DNA of 62,720 nt, the filler included, from Asterionella formosa (Eukaryota): the NCBI GenBank assembly GCA_002256025.1. It is 17 parts of 17 records of this genome, joined end to end, with 100 filler letters (N's around TTAATTAATTAA, not from the genome) between each part and the next. Parts side by side here need not be neighbours in the genome. Positions count along the whole stretch, not along the records: positions 22,202 to 52,657 come from NKIB01000863.1; 16 more parts are not named here. The stretch is one strand, 5' to 3'. Every line of letters starts with the position of its first letter. Positions within the stretch are counted from its first letter, which is position 1. Positions 23,419-36,660 of the stretch are shown here, piece by piece. A model generated the notes under the pieces. The model was not told the origin of the DNA and searched no databases. It was given only the letters and a program-made list of their open reading frames with translations. Made by a program: the position numbers and the translations under genes.

Positions 23419-25377
23419 ATGTCTGGTTTAGTTCAAAGGCAAACATGGCTCATACAAAGCAACCATTTACATCGTTTACTGGTCCAGCTGGCAAGTGCTC
23501 GTTGCCACTCAGTTGGCAGCAACTCGAACGCGAGGAAAAAAGCAGCCATTGCCCAGTCAGTTCCGAATCGCTTGATAAAACAGGAAATCAAAGGGAAGAA
23601 CATTAGTTCTGTTTCCATTGCAACCGAGTCAGTTCCGAATCACTTGAAAAAACAGGAAATCAAAGGGAAGAACATTAGTTCTACATCCATTACAACAGAG
23701 TCAGTTCCGAATCACCCGGAAAAACAGGAAATCAAAGGGAAGAGCATTGATTCTCCATCCATTGCAACCGAGTGCCTGAAAAAACAGAAAATCAAAGTGA
23801 ATGGGTCTGCCAATCCAAAACAAGAAAAAACAGAAAAGAAAAATGATTCCACATCACATAATTTGAACCAGCTAAATATCATGGAACAGGCTGTCCATAT
23901 TGAGAGCACAACGCCACACCTTGTCATTGGGGAACGAGCGTCATTGTCCAAGTCATTGGGCATGCTTTTTTCGGAGAAATACGAGACCCGTGGTATTTCG
24001 CGTGAAGCATTTAACGCAGCATTTTTGTGTCGTGGTGTCGTACGGAAAGGGGAAAAACGTTGGACATGCAAATTTACGTGCCCATTGACTGGAGAGGTAC
24101 GTGAATGTGGGACGCGGGACTCGGTAGGACCTTCGCTCGAAATTGATGGGGACATTTACTACCACAACCATGCACTGGCACGTCAAGCTATTGCAGAAAT
24201 ACAGTTATACTCAATGACCCGCCAAGTCATGGTAGAAAAGCAGTTACAAAAGGATGCAGAATTAAACATGACACCCAACCCAATTATGAAGAGACTCCGC
24301 GAGAATGAAAAATCTCAACAAAAGGCGATTATCGAACGAGGAGAGCGCGTGGACAAGATTATTGCATCCAAACAAATGTCAGCTAAGACAAGAACAAAGT
24401 TCTTGAAAGCTGTGCAACTGCTGCAGGCGAAATTGACCGAGATCGTAAGCGAAAAGTTACCGGGTACTCGATTTGAAATTTGCGGAAGCTGCGTAACAGG
24501 CTTATTCTCAGAGGAGTCGGATGTAGATCTTTCAATTCACATTCCTAAATCGCAACTTCCTTCGAAAAAACCAGTGGTAAATGTAATCAAAGGCATTATC
24601 AGGAAATCACTCATGTTCAAATCTTTAGTTTCCATTCCACAAGCTAAGATTCCAGTTTTAAAGGGGTGCTATGTGAGCAAGGAGAATCCTACAAAGAACG
24701 GCACACTATCATTTGATATATGTGTCGCCAATGATATGGCTGTTTTCAATTCTCAACTGCTACGAGATTATGCCATGGTTGATGAAAGAACGAAGTCAGT
24801 CATGATGGCCGTGAACACCTGGGCAAAAGAGAACGGAGTAAGTGCGGCTGCGAATGGGCATTTGAGCACATATGGTTGGACAAACATGACAATTTTCTAC
24901 CTTCAACATATTGGACTTCTTCCCAATCTACAATGCCCCGAGTTGATGAGGACGACGGGAATCGATTCCAAATCTGATGATCCATCAAGTCGCATTGATG
25001 GACTGAAAACATTGTTTGTTCCATTGGGAATGTTGAAGTCTGTTGGATGGGAAATGACCAAGACATTGAATAATTTACCAGTGAGTGTGTTGCTCCATGG
25101 TTTTTTTCACTTTTACGCCTACGAGTTCCCCAGAGATGAGTATGTGGTGTCAATTAGGGTCGGAAACATTTCTCAACCTAAATCTGCATACGCGAAAGCG
25201 AAGAGCGGTTTTTTTTGCATAGAAGATCCATTTCGAACATTTAGTTCTCCCAGAGCTCATGACCTTTGCAGAGCCGTCCAACCAAAAGAACATGAAAACC
25301 AAATTATTCAATGTGTGCTTGACAAAGAAGCGAACTTGCGGCATTCCCTTCTTGGAGAGGAAAATTCGGCGTCTTGA
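23419..25377 (+). CDS. Cid1/TUTase-family non-canonical poly(A)/poly(U) polymerase with N-terminal repeats
   Basis: GSCVTGLFSEESDVDL (GS...DxD), AKIPVLK, SFDICVAN (third Asp), NSQLLRDY, WAK, LSTYGWT.M, and CIEDPF...AHDL PAP-associated motif; intronless, 652 aa. Confidence 0.9.
   Translation: MSGLVQRQTWLIQSNHLHRLLVQLASARCHSVGSNSNARKKAAIAQSVPNRLIKQEIKGKNISSVSIATESVPNHLKKQEIKGKNISSTSITTESVPNHPEKQEIKGKSIDSPSIATECLKKQKIKVNGSANPKQEKTEKKNDSTSHNLNQLNIMEQAVHIESTTPHLVIGERASLSKSLGMLFSEKYETRGISREAFNAAFLCRGVVRKGEKRWTCKFTCPLTGEVRECGTRDSVGPSLEIDGDIYYHNHALARQAIAEIQLYSMTRQVMVEKQLQKDAELNMTPNPIMKRLRENEKSQQKAIIERGERVDKIIASKQMSAKTRTKFLKAVQLLQAKLTEIVSEKLPGTRFEICGSCVTGLFSEESDVDLSIHIPKSQLPSKKPVVNVIKGIIRKSLMFKSLVSIPQAKIPVLKGCYVSKENPTKNGTLSFDICVANDMAVFNSQLLRDYAMVDERTKSVMMAVNTWAKENGVSAAANGHLSTYGWTNMTIFYLQHIGLLPNLQCPELMRTTGIDSKSDDPSSRIDGLKTLFVPLGMLKSVGWEMTKTLNNLPVSVLLHGFFHFYAYEFPRDEYVVSIRVGNISQPKSAYAKAKSGFFCIEDPFRTFSSPRAHDLCRAVQPKEHENQIIQCVLDKEANLRHSLLGEENSAS
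23556..23797 (+). repeat. In-frame 72-bp (24-aa) tandem repeat, about 3.3 copies, inside the TUTase CDS
   Basis: gtcagttccgaatc at 23556, 23628 and 23700; peptide SVPNHLKKQEIKGKNISSxSIxTE. Confidence 0.92.
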
Positions 25378-25826
25378 ATGTGGCTCAATTGATCGGGAAT
25401 GTATTGAACAAGGAACTCTTCCTCCTGGCAACCGTGTAAGATAGAGGTAAAAATATATTTTCGGTAGCTAGTTTTGAGGGACCAATAGTATTATTTCTAT
25501 TTGATCCTCGGCTGCTTTTTATTTAGGTAACAAAGGGTCTAGCTATTGTAACTGCTGCAAGCTTTGTACTCGTTCCTGTGGGTGGAAATCCTATAGGTAC
25601 ATAATTTCTTACTTGCTATTGAAGGATTCACTAACTATTAGTGCTATAGGTATACTACCACTTCAATTTATGTGTTCTCAAACTGGTATTTGTTTTTCCA
25701 TAAAATATTCTCTTTGCTTATTATCTCTATCATGATACCACCAGTTGGAGGGCTAAATTACAGTGGCTACAATATGTACTCTTCTGAGCATGATTCAAGC
25801 CATCATGGACCCTGAATTTTTCGGTA

Positions 25827-26792
25827 CCACCACCGAAAAACTAAGAGTCATCCTTATTTTACCCAATGTTAATACTCAAATTACTTTAGTATGATGGCAT
25901 GATAATGTTGAAGCAAATACAAAGCTTATTGTAGCTCGTCCTCTAACAAGGGACAACTAGGTCTGATTATAACTTAGGTGAAGTCAATATTTCTTGAGAT
26001 ATATTTGACAGTTTCTAATTTCATCGTTTTGTCTCACAAGAATGACTCTCAATATATTGGCTTATAATCCATACATCAGGAAATTTTAATCTTCCATTTT
26101 TTCAACCGATTTCTATTGTTACCACAAAATTATTAGGGGCGTTCTTATCATTCAGCATTTTTCGCACAGTGCGGTATCATTTCCGGATTTTGAGTAAAAA
26201 ATGACAGTTGCTATGATTGGTATAAGCAATGGCTACCCTAGTGGTATCAATGCAGTATCATTGATACCAAATTTATACAAGAATTTTTGACCCCCTTCAA
26301 AGAAGGTTTCAGTGATACTGGCAAATTCAGACGAGTATTATTTTCATTGTTAATGATAAAATAACCGAAAATACGCCTACAGGGCACACATATTATTGAC
26401 ATTTACAAAACTTATTCCGGTGTGTGGATCAAAGCAGCACCATATAAAATCATTATGACGGCCGTGTGCAACAAAAACACATGCCAAAACATGACAGAGT
26501 CAAAATGAATGGAACTGATTGAGTGATGTAAATTGATGAAAGTACCAGTATGCCTTTAAAACCAAAATACTCGCTCAGAGTCCTCCTTATGAGGCAAAAT
26601 GATGTTATTAGAATGTTTTAAATCGAAAGAATTATTGATTTCATCTAACTAATAATATTTCAGATCTAGTGATGCCTGAGAGGATGAGCTACAATAACCT
26701 TTGTTCTTGCTTCAACATTACCATGCAATCGGACTAAAACATTTGAGTCATAACATAGTGTAAAAGAATGAGGACTCTCAGTTTTTAGGTGG
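25827..26792. mobile_element. Degenerate MITE-like element with ~250-bp imperfect TIRs, flanked by TA
   Basis: 25827-~26075 aligns with the reverse complement of ~26548-26792 (e.g. taatgttgaagcaa..acaaag.ttattgtagctc.tcctct); TA at 25825 and 26793. Confidence 0.7.
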
Positions 26793-27624
26793 TACACAAC
26801 ACACAAATGCATGATTTTCTATATACTGTAGCACATAAACACATAGTTATACAATCGCTCATGGATCGAAGATCAGAATTATCATGATAACAGACCATGA
26901 TAAAATGATTATTAATTTTATATTATATTCACATGTCGCTAGCAAGTAGCGAAAGAAGCAAGCACGTTGTTTTGATATTGATTGCATAATAGCTAAAATA
27001 GAAAATCGGTGGGAGCAAAATGGCGCTCAACCGCAAATACAATATCTTTATGCTACCAGATGAAGCCTGCACCATCATCGCCATTACTGCCCGCCGAATT
27101 TCATTTGGAGTGAGCAAATGAGTTCGAAACACGCCTCCGGTTGTTTAGCCTACTGCGTTGCCCTACCATGTTGTTACCCTAATTGTGAGTAGTCCAACAG
27201 AAATCATCTGAAATCTGAGGAATTATTTGCTTTTCATAAGAATGTCGAACTGGAAAGCAGTATTGAATTCAGTTTTTGTTGAGGAAATTTAGATGCTCAA
27301 GTAACTTAAATAACCACCTCTCCTTGACGTTGGTTGTGACTAAGGCATATCAATCCATTCCTAATTAGGGAGAGAACACCATCATTCTTCCCATGCCATC
27401 ATTGCTCTATGAGAAGTATCAACAACAAGAAGCGCAACTCGTAAATGTTGCAAGAAGTACTGAAGCATACCATAATTACATGAGTTGCAATACTAGTGAT
27501 AACTGCTGCTTTTTCCTCTTCCCAAAGTTCGTTTCTGTTGTTGCCATTAGAGATAAAAATGGTGTCTTTGTTGATAAATTTAATTACATGACATAAATTA
27601 AATTAGTAAAATTTGTGTCGCTTG

Positions 27625-30340
27625 AGGTTCCCGCATTTCAACCCTAAGGCAAAAATTATAATACAGCTTAGGATTGCCGAAACTCCCTGGAGCTAAGAAC
27701 TTTTATGAGCTATTTTTGAATGACATAATTCCATTAGAAATATTGATCTACGGTCCATGTGTCAAACTACCTGGCGGCTCGGCAAATATTTGAAAGTGCA
27801 CACTAGGGGTGTGGTATGCGTGCATCAAATGATAATCATCTTTCAGTTCCCGTAGTGGATATGGTGCCAGTTACAAATGGCTTTGAGCCACGTTATTATA
27901 TTGTCTTCCAACTAATTCTAGAATTACGCTAAAATCTATTCCTTCTTACGCCCTTTGGCACGATATTAGTTAGTTCATTAAGCTACATGAGAATTAAATC
28001 ATTTTTTACTTAAATCATTTTTTACTTGAATGCATATTTACTGAGATCTATCCATTTAAAAAGTGACAGAAACGGCTCAAGTGGCTCAAAGCCATTGATT
28101 AAAATTTTACCATACATTTAGATATTTTTATAGGCGACGGTTAGAAAATTTTTTATCGTTTGCATGTTTTTTCGCAGCCAGAAGCTGCATCATTCTTTTA
28201 CAGGTGGTGTCATTCCAATTTTATCTTGTTTGTTCCATCCAACACTCCTTGCATTTTTTCGCAGTAGTCATAGTCATTGCATCGTTCTTCGACAGGTTGG
28301 TGGTCCTCCCATCATATCTTTTTGTGCAATAGGAGTGACCGAAGGGTGAGTAAGTGGTGCTGTCACAGTTGCAGCTGGTACTGCAGTGGTGTCATGGTAT
28401 CTGGGAAAAAAGTTGCTTTGTCGTTGTCAATGTAAGACTGCCTTCTCGCTTGTACCACAATGCCATCGTTTTTGTTTGCGCCACTTTCCACTCTGTTGAC
28501 TGTTTGGTTAGTGTTCTATTTGCATAAATCTCGTTTGCAAGTGCTGTGGGTGCATCTATTTTCCAATTCTCGCGCTCACTCTGTACCTCTTCCGCATGCC
28601 TCTTCCTTTTCAGCTAGTCATCGACCACACTTCAGGATACAACAAGCAAGTAACTGCCCACATTGACATGGAGACCGGCTGTGTATCGTTTACTGCTTGC
28701 AATTGCCTTGAATGCTTTTTTTGTTGGTGGGCAAGTTTGTCCAGATTTATTCCATTTCTAGCATTCTCATGATTGCAACACTGTACAACCTACAACCTAA
28801 TCAACTAGGGTTCAAGTGATACCTTGGCACAAGTTTAGTCTGGATGGGGGAATGAAAGAGACTGGTTGATTATTGTTTGCTTCTGCTTACAGATTCAATA
28901 CTTGTCAGTCGAATTTCCGGATGGAGCTACAAGTTGTAGTTCAATGAACCCAACCTTGTTCAGCAATAGCTTTTTGGTTTGTAGCAAAATGGGCAAAGGA
29001 TTCACCCAAATCCTCTGAAACCAGATCATCAAAGTCATCCTTTTCAACAGCAAATGCAGCACGGCGCTTTTCCTTTTGATTGAGTAAGTCTCTCTTGCAT
29101 TTTGTGAGTTAGGGTGATTTTTAGTCAGGGTATCAGGGTAAAATTGATGAGGTATGTCCTGCCAACGACTGTGAATCATTTAGTGTCATAGAAGCACACA
29201 GGTAATTGTGATAGTGAATAAGTTGTCTTTCCCGCCTGATTTAGCTTTTGCAAATGGTAATGGACTATAGGTTTTGTTAGCCAAGCCAGTGTCGCCGCCA
29301 TTGTTATTTGCCTTTCAAGTTTCTAATTCCATACTAATTATATTTTCTTAAATAAGTGACACTACAGTCTTTTCCAAAGAAACAGGTATCACCTCTTTAC
29401 TTGCTGTTGGTTTCATCGCTGTTGATGAGGCGATGACTGCAATTTGCTTCATTTTTTTGTGTGTCAGCAGCAATTTCTGCTGTGAATTACGGTCTCTGAC
29501 ATGAAAATACGACTCCATTTTTTTGGCCTTCAATAAATATTGCATTCGTTTACTAAGAGTGACTAATTGATTCATTTATTGATATATAGTATATCGTCCA
29601 TGGTGGTTAAACGCAACTAAATTTATGTTAGATATTCAGTTTTCTACACAAATGTAGATGTGTATTTCCGCGCGATGCTGGCTCAATGGTGTACTACTTT
29701 CCGACACATTTATCTGATTATCTAAAGCACAAACCTTATCCGACAACAAAATATGTTGTACACGGCGCAACATCAGGAACAACTTTGTCGTACTAAAAAT
29801 AGTCATAACTTGAAAATTAGAAGAAATCTATGTCTACATTGTGAATATTATATCGTTAAGTGACTCAAAGCCATTCGAAGCGGCTCAAAGCCATTTTTAA
29901 CTGGTATCGGCGATACAGTGATCACCCAAGAAAATTTAAAATGCGTATCTAGTGTGGCCGGTGTGGGTTTGCGAGACCTTGCAAGCCAGGCCAATCAAAT
30001 ATGGGTAAGTAATTGTACTTGACCCATCAAAATATTTATTGTGAAATTGGCAGCACCACTGTACAGACGAAAAAATTGATTCACAAGACTCCTCCTATTC
30101 CGATGATGACGTTTCGGCGAATAGTGATTTCGATTCCTACATTTTGGTGACTGTTGAAAAGGCCGAGATTGTCGAATTTTTAGAAGACGTTAGCTCAACG
30201 TTGGCAGGGTTTGAAGAAGAGTTAAGTACATAGATGATCTTCATATAGCCCCATAAGTTAATTTTCGGCGAGAAAGTGCAGAAAGGAACTTCGATTTTTC
30301 ACTAGGCCAAATAAACCTTTTGGCCCAGCAATACCCACTA
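27625..30340 (+). mobile_element. TIR family B (PIF/Harbinger-like MITE), left part, interrupted by element C
   Basis: Starts AGGTTCCCGCATTTCAACCCTA; 27625-27860 and 29920-30340 align with 53191-54140. Confidence 0.75.
27867..29904. mobile_element. Element C: ~2-kb non-autonomous TIR element nested in family B
   Basis: 23-bp TIRs CCAGTTACAAATGGCTTTGAGCC and GGCTCAAAGCCATTTTTAACTGG (1 mismatch); extra (g)gctcaaagccatt subterminal copies at ~28083 and ~29861. Confidence 0.75.
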
Positions 30341-30490
30341 TACTTTCCGTGTATAAACTCGAACAAGTTGCCGGGGCAACAGTAATAACACGTTCTGGCC
30401 CTTAGACTTTAACTTTGTATGCTAATCCCCTAGATGCTCTCCCAATTTTGAGATAACGATAAATTAGGGGTCTTGTTTAGGTACCTTGAT

Positions 30491-30610
30491 AATGTAACTT
30501 CGTCAAAAGTATAGAATTTCTGGTAAGCATTTCTGAGCAGCCTCCCTGTAACCACAGGATGCATCCCTGAAAATGCTTACCAGAAATTCTATATTTGACG
30601 AAGTTACATT
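30491..30610. repeat. Small fold-back element with ~42-bp inverted arms
   Basis: aatgtaacttcgtcaaa..tatagaatttctggtaagcattt pairs with aaatgcttaccagaaattctatatttgacgaagttacatt. Confidence 0.85.
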
Positions 30611-30942
30611 TTTCATCAAAACAACCTAACATAATGCTTATATCATGAATCGAAATATGGGCTAGAGTATATTACTATGCAAAATAGTTGAAACGTGATC
30701 ACTATAAATTTCTCCAAAGTAGATTTTACAAATATTATGAAATGTCAAAGAAGTCTAACATACCATGGCATCATTATGCGTCTTCCTCTTGTGATTTTTG
30801 TACTGATGCATCACATTGTTACAACATTGCTGCATGCTCCATCGAAGGTACTAAGTGTTGAATTGGGTCTCTCCTTTTGGCTAACCACGCTTGCATGTAT
30901 GAAAGTCGGCCTTGTGTGATGTAGTTTCAAGTTGTCAACAAC

Positions 30943-32625
30943 GGTTGGAGAAATTAGTTTAGGAAAGAATAATCCTGGTATGAATTACCTACTACATGTT
31001 GAATCGAATGAATAAAAAATTGGTACCAGAGGAAACTCAGAATTCGAAAACAATCTACCAGTACATCGCCACCAGTAAAACCCATAATTCTACTAAAACT
31101 CTTAGGAACAAAAAAATCGATAAGTGAAACATTGTTGTTCATATCTACAGCTTATTTGGTCCCTGATGTGTCCTTACAAGATACCCATGAAAGCAATAGA
31201 GGGCTTCAGGATGCAATTTCAACAGTTTTAGCAGAATTACCAGCCAGGAAGCGCCGTAACATCACAATCAACAACAGGCGGACCGTTGAGAGTCCGGAGA
31301 CAAGATTTGAGGGTACCAGACCATCCAAAGTCTGAAGAAGTTGCACAAGGCGCATAATGAGTGGCAAAGGAAAGTTTACCAGCCAAGAAGGCTCAGGCCA
31401 AGGGCAAAATTCAAGCCAAAAGAGGAAGCAATAGTGCTTCTCACACCAACAAGAAGTCATTTAATGACTACAACTACTACCTCGGATCAGCGAAGCAGGC
31501 ATCTGACTATGAGACTACTACAGAGTACCTCATTAACAGCATCAAGAAAGTTTTTGACTATGGCAAAAGCATAGGAACTGCGCTCGAGCTGTTAGAACCA
31601 ATGAGCACATCGGTATGGAAGCCAAGCATGCAAGCAAGCCTTGCAACCACAAATGAAGAACACTCTGCAGAGAATCGGCAATATGAGATTGAATTCAAAG
31701 CCGATTATGATGCCTACAGTAAAAGGGCACTTCCCTATGAAAATAACAATACCAAGGCGTATGAATTGCTCTGGGAAAGATGCAACAAGGCTATGAAAAA
31801 CAAGATTGAAGCAAGATCAGATTATGTTAAAATCAAAAATAATCCAATAACATTGCTTATTTCAATTAAAGAACATACATTAAATATTCAAGAGAATTGA
31901 TATTCAAGCAATGTCGATCATTTTCTATGCAATGAAAACGCTTTCAAATGCAAAGCAAAAAGAAGGAGAAAGTCTACAAGACTACACTAAGAGATTTTTA
32001 AGATGCATTTATTGTTCATTTTACTGACAAACCAGTTTGATTTGAAAGAATTGGAATCAACCTGTATGCATTCAAGCCTCCTACATCTATAAAAGTTGAA
32101 AATGCTATAATGTCAAATAAAGTTGAAGAAAACAAAACAATCGCAAGCTGCGGCCAGTTGGGAACGACTTCATCGAGATTCCTAAGGAGTTTGTCAAAGC
32201 TCAACGCGAAGTAATATTTGCATGCATGAAATGAAAGTGAATGCACAATCATATCTTACAACAAATTCTCGAAAAATTATGTATAGGACAGCGCAAGGGG
32301 TCAAGAATCAGACAGCTGATGTCTTTCAAGATGCTTTGACTGAGGTATTACATGTTTACAATACTTGAGGATATAGACATACAATAATCCACCGCGACAA
32401 GCAATGAGTTTCGACCTACTATGATGGAACAACTTCCAATGAATTTCAAGTTACTATGAATTACGCAAACCCACAAGAACATGTTCCTGAAGCAGAGCAA
32501 AATAATCGAGTGATTAAAGAACGCGTGCGCGCAGCTTATCATCGAATACCTTTCAAACATTTGCTGCGACTGATGGCTGATTAAGATTCTAATCAAAGAA
32601 TCTGCGAAGAAATTGAATTTGTTCC
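30943..32625 (+). mobile_element. Degenerate, internally deleted Copia family 3 copy (5' LTR 30943-31224, gag from ATG 31357, integrase remnants)
   Basis: Homologous to the 36376-36659 LTR and the 35703-36242 gag; contains stops and deletions. Confidence 0.85.
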
Positions 32626-32659
32626 CCTTTCTCTTTCTCATCGATATCCACTTGCACAA

Positions 32660-35600
32660 TTGCATTGGGTATATCTCCTGTCATGACATCGCGATTTGCT
32701 TTGCATCAATTGTTGTTGTTATCATAACAGATTCAGACATGGTAGTTGGACTAGCTGCTTCATTTCTTTCCTTACATCCACGTTGAGAAATGCCATTGGC
32801 ACAAGCTCTGCCTTCAATACTGCCTCTTGTCTCTCTTTTCAACCAAAAATTTAGACTTTCCATTGCACGTCGCTTTTAGAGCTCTGTTAGGTCTTCAACC
32901 CTAATCGGTTCAAATACAACTCTATCATGTAGTTGTTTCATTTCCTTTTATGCAGCATCCATTCCTTTCTGGCCAAATTTCTTGAGGCCTTTTCTTAAGC
33001 TGTATGACTGAACAAAGTGATATGTTTCTTTATTGATAGTTATCTCATTCATGTAACACATTGTCATTGCGATCGATTTCGCATTATCAGTTGTGTATTC
33101 TTCTTGACAGTGTGTGTGCTTGGGTATGCAAATGATGTTGGACCATGGTTAGTTTTGATGGTGGTCTTGAGACTCTTCCAGACCTTGTAGTTTTAACATT
33201 TGGGTCTGTGCCATCCTGAGTGCTTGGATTGAATTCTTCTTTCTATCATTGTCTCTCCATTCTCATTTTCATTTACTGGTTCTTCATCCTCTCTTGGATT
33301 TCATCAGCATTCATTGCAACTTTATTTTGTTTGTTGCCCTCAGGTTCAGGATCATCCTCTTGGATATTGTTTAATTCAAACTGTTCTGCCTCATATATTT
33401 CATCTAGAGTCATTTCATCATAGTAGTCTTCTCCGAGAATTTCATCATTGCTTTCATCATCACTAGCTTCTTGATCTTCATAACCTTCATCTTGTGCATC
33501 TTCAAATGCTTCATTGTCATAATCCATTCCTGCAATCCAAACAGTAACATAAAATAGTCGTCCTGTTCGATTAGATATCCTGAGACTGTCTGGCATATAT
33601 TCCTGCACAGCAAGGGTGTGTACTTGATTCATGATTGCTCAGGTAAGTGGTAGAGGAGTAACTGTTCGTCTAGTGATCAATGAATTTGTAGGTAGGTGTA
33701 ATAATTCATGACTTCCTTGCACGTTGTCATTGTAGCGTAGATGCATTGGTGTTTGAAAACACCGGTTCTTCATGTGCTTGGACATAAGTGCCAAATGTAT
33801 ACTGGCAATGTCGAGTGTATTCCAGGTTTCGTTGATGTAAAAACATACGAGGACTGTAATACGGGGATCTCCCGTTCTTTGCCGGAAAGAAATTCAAATT
33901 TCTTTGCATATTCTTTGATTAGAATCTTAATTATCAGTCGTGGCAAATGTTTGAAAGGTAATCGATGATAAGCTGCGCGCACGCGTTCTTAAATCACTCG
34001 ATTATTTCGCTCCGCTTCAAGAACATGTTCTTGTGGGATTGGGTAGCTAGTTCATAGTGACTTGACATTCATTGGAAGTTGTTCCATCATAGGTCGAAAC
34101 TTGTTGTCACAGTGGATTGTTGTAATTTTAAATCTTCCGGTATTATAAACACGGAATACCTGAGTCAAAGCATCTCGATAGACTTCAGCTGTCTGATTCT
34201 TGACCCATTGCGCTGTCCTATACATACTAATGTTTCGAGAAATTGTTGTGAGAAATGATTGTCCTTTCTTTTCCATTCCATCCATGCAAAGAGTCACTTT
34301 GCGTTGAGCTTGAAAAAGCTCCTTATGGATCTCGATGTAGTCGTTCACAACTGGCAGTGGCTTGCAACGAGTTGTCTTGCCTTTTAGTGTTCCGATGTCA
34401 GGTCCAAACATTTTCTCTGCTATTTTGATATCATCGGTAGTCACTGGATTACTGTTGATCGTATTCATACGAATTATTGCCTTGAAATGATAAATTGATG
34501 GCGTACCCAAGGCATGAAATAGATCACGAGCTTGCTTGGCTTTCAGTGTAAAATGTTTTGTTTTCTTCAACTGTATTTAACATTTGAGCATTATCCGCCT
34601 TAATTGTTGTAGGAGGCTTGAAAACATATAAGTTCATCCCAATTCTTTCGAATTGAACTGTTTTGTCAGGCAAATGAACAATAAATGTATCTTCTTTCTC
34701 AGAGTCATAGGTAATTCTGTACCTATCTGCCATTTTGGCATAACTGAAGATTTTGGTGATTGCCTTCCCATTACACCATGCTTCTCCCCATTTTGGAAGA
34801 TCAGCCTTCATATTAGTGACCATGGATCCACCATTTGTGGCCAGGTGCATGCTTCCATTGATTGACAGTTGAATGTTTTCAACCATTTTTGGATTGCAAA
34901 AGACTGTGACAGCACTTGATTGATTATCCAATAGTATCCAGACATTCATATCAGATACTTGGTAAAATTGTAGTTTCATATGAGCTCCCACCCATCCAAC
35001 TTGACTGACATTTGCTTGTTGTGAAGCTTGTGATGACGGCGGATTGTTGGAATCAACAGAGGTAAGTGTACTTGTGTCCGATGTATTAGGCTGTGCCTGT
35101 GCATGGCCTTGTTGGACCTTGTTGATTGCCCAATCCTCTTTGGGTTTATTCTTATCTCAACATGAAGGGGATTTATGTCCTGCTCTACCACATCACTAAC
35201 ATTTTCTCTCTAACTGTGCAAACGATAAGTTCACATCTTCATCCTCCTTCCCTGAATCCTTTTGTTCTCTCTCTTTATTATGATCTCCTGGTTTTTGTGA
35301 GTGTTGGGTTTATTTGTTACGTCAAACAGATGGTTACTGAGAAAATTAATTGATTCGGTGATACTCTTCGGGTATTGATGGTTGCTGAGTGACTGTTGAG
35401 TGTTCAGCCAGGTCATAATTGATCCATATTTGGCTTTATCCGCATTATCGAGGTATAAATAGGCCATAAATTGACTGAAAGCTTGTTCACGAACTTTATC
35501 TTGTAGCTTGATGTCGGTCTTGTTGTACCCATCCGTGGCTTCAACAAACTTGGTGAGGATAATGGGTCCTCCAGTGTGTGACTTGAGCACATCTCGTGCC

Positions 35601-36659
35601 ACACGAAATCTCTTGGTGCAGTCTTGCTTGTAGACTTTCTCCTCTTTTTTGCTTTGTATTTGAAAGCGTTTTCATTGCATAGAAAATGATCGACATTGAA
35701 TATCAATTCTCTTGAATATTTAATGTATGTTCTTTAATTGCCATAAGCAATGTTATTGGGTTATTTTCGATCCTATTGTAATCGGATCTCGCTTCAATCT
35801 TGTTCTTCATGACTTTGCTGCATTTTTCCCAGAGTAACGCATATGCCTTGGTATTATTATTTTCATAGGCCTGTACCCTTTTACTGTAGGTGTAATAATT
35901 AGCCTTGAACTCAATCTCATATTGCCGATTCTCTGCAGTGCGATCTTCTTCTGTTGTTGCAATGCTCACTTGCATTCTTGGCTTCCATGCCAATGTGCTC
36001 ATTGGTTCTAATAACTCGAGCGCGGTTCCTATGTCGTTGCCATAGTCGAACACTTTCTTGATATGATTGATGAGGTACTCAGTAGTAGTCTCATAATCAG
36101 ATCCCTGTTTCGATGATCCGAGGTAGTAGTTGTAGTCATTAAATGACTTCTTGATTGTGTGAGAAGCATTATTGCTCCCTCCCTTGGCTTGAAACTTGCC
36201 CTCGGCCTGAGCCTTCTTGGTAAACTTTCCTTTTACACTCATGATGCGCCTTGTGCGACTTCTTCAGACTCTGGATGGTCTGATACCCTCAGATCTTGTC
36301 TCCGGACTCTCAACGGTCCACCTGTTGTTGATTGTAATATTAAGGCTCTTCCTGGCCGGCTAATTCTGCTAAAACTGTTGAAATTGCGTCCCAAAGCCCT
36401 CTATTGCTTTCTTGGGTATCTTGTAAGGACACGTCAGGGACCAAATAGGCTGTAGATATGAACAACGATGTTGCAGTAATCGATTGTATTCGTTGGACTT
36501 CCTAAGAGTTTTAGTAGAATTATGGGTTTTACTGGCAATGTAGATTGTTTTCGAAATCTGATTTTTCTCTGGTACGATATTCTTTTTGATTCATTCTATT
36601 CAATATGTAGTAGGTAATTCATACCGGGATTTTTCCTTCCTAAAATAATTTCTCCAACA
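32660..36659 (-). mobile_element. Degenerate Copia family 3 copy: 284-bp 5' LTR (36376-36659), gag, protease, integrase, start of RT; frameshifted and 3' truncated
   Basis: LTR TGTTGGAG...TTTCAACA; WILLDNQS; HCDNKFRP; SIEGRACANG..QR; AASPT. Confidence 0.9.
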
Positions 36660-36660
36660 G

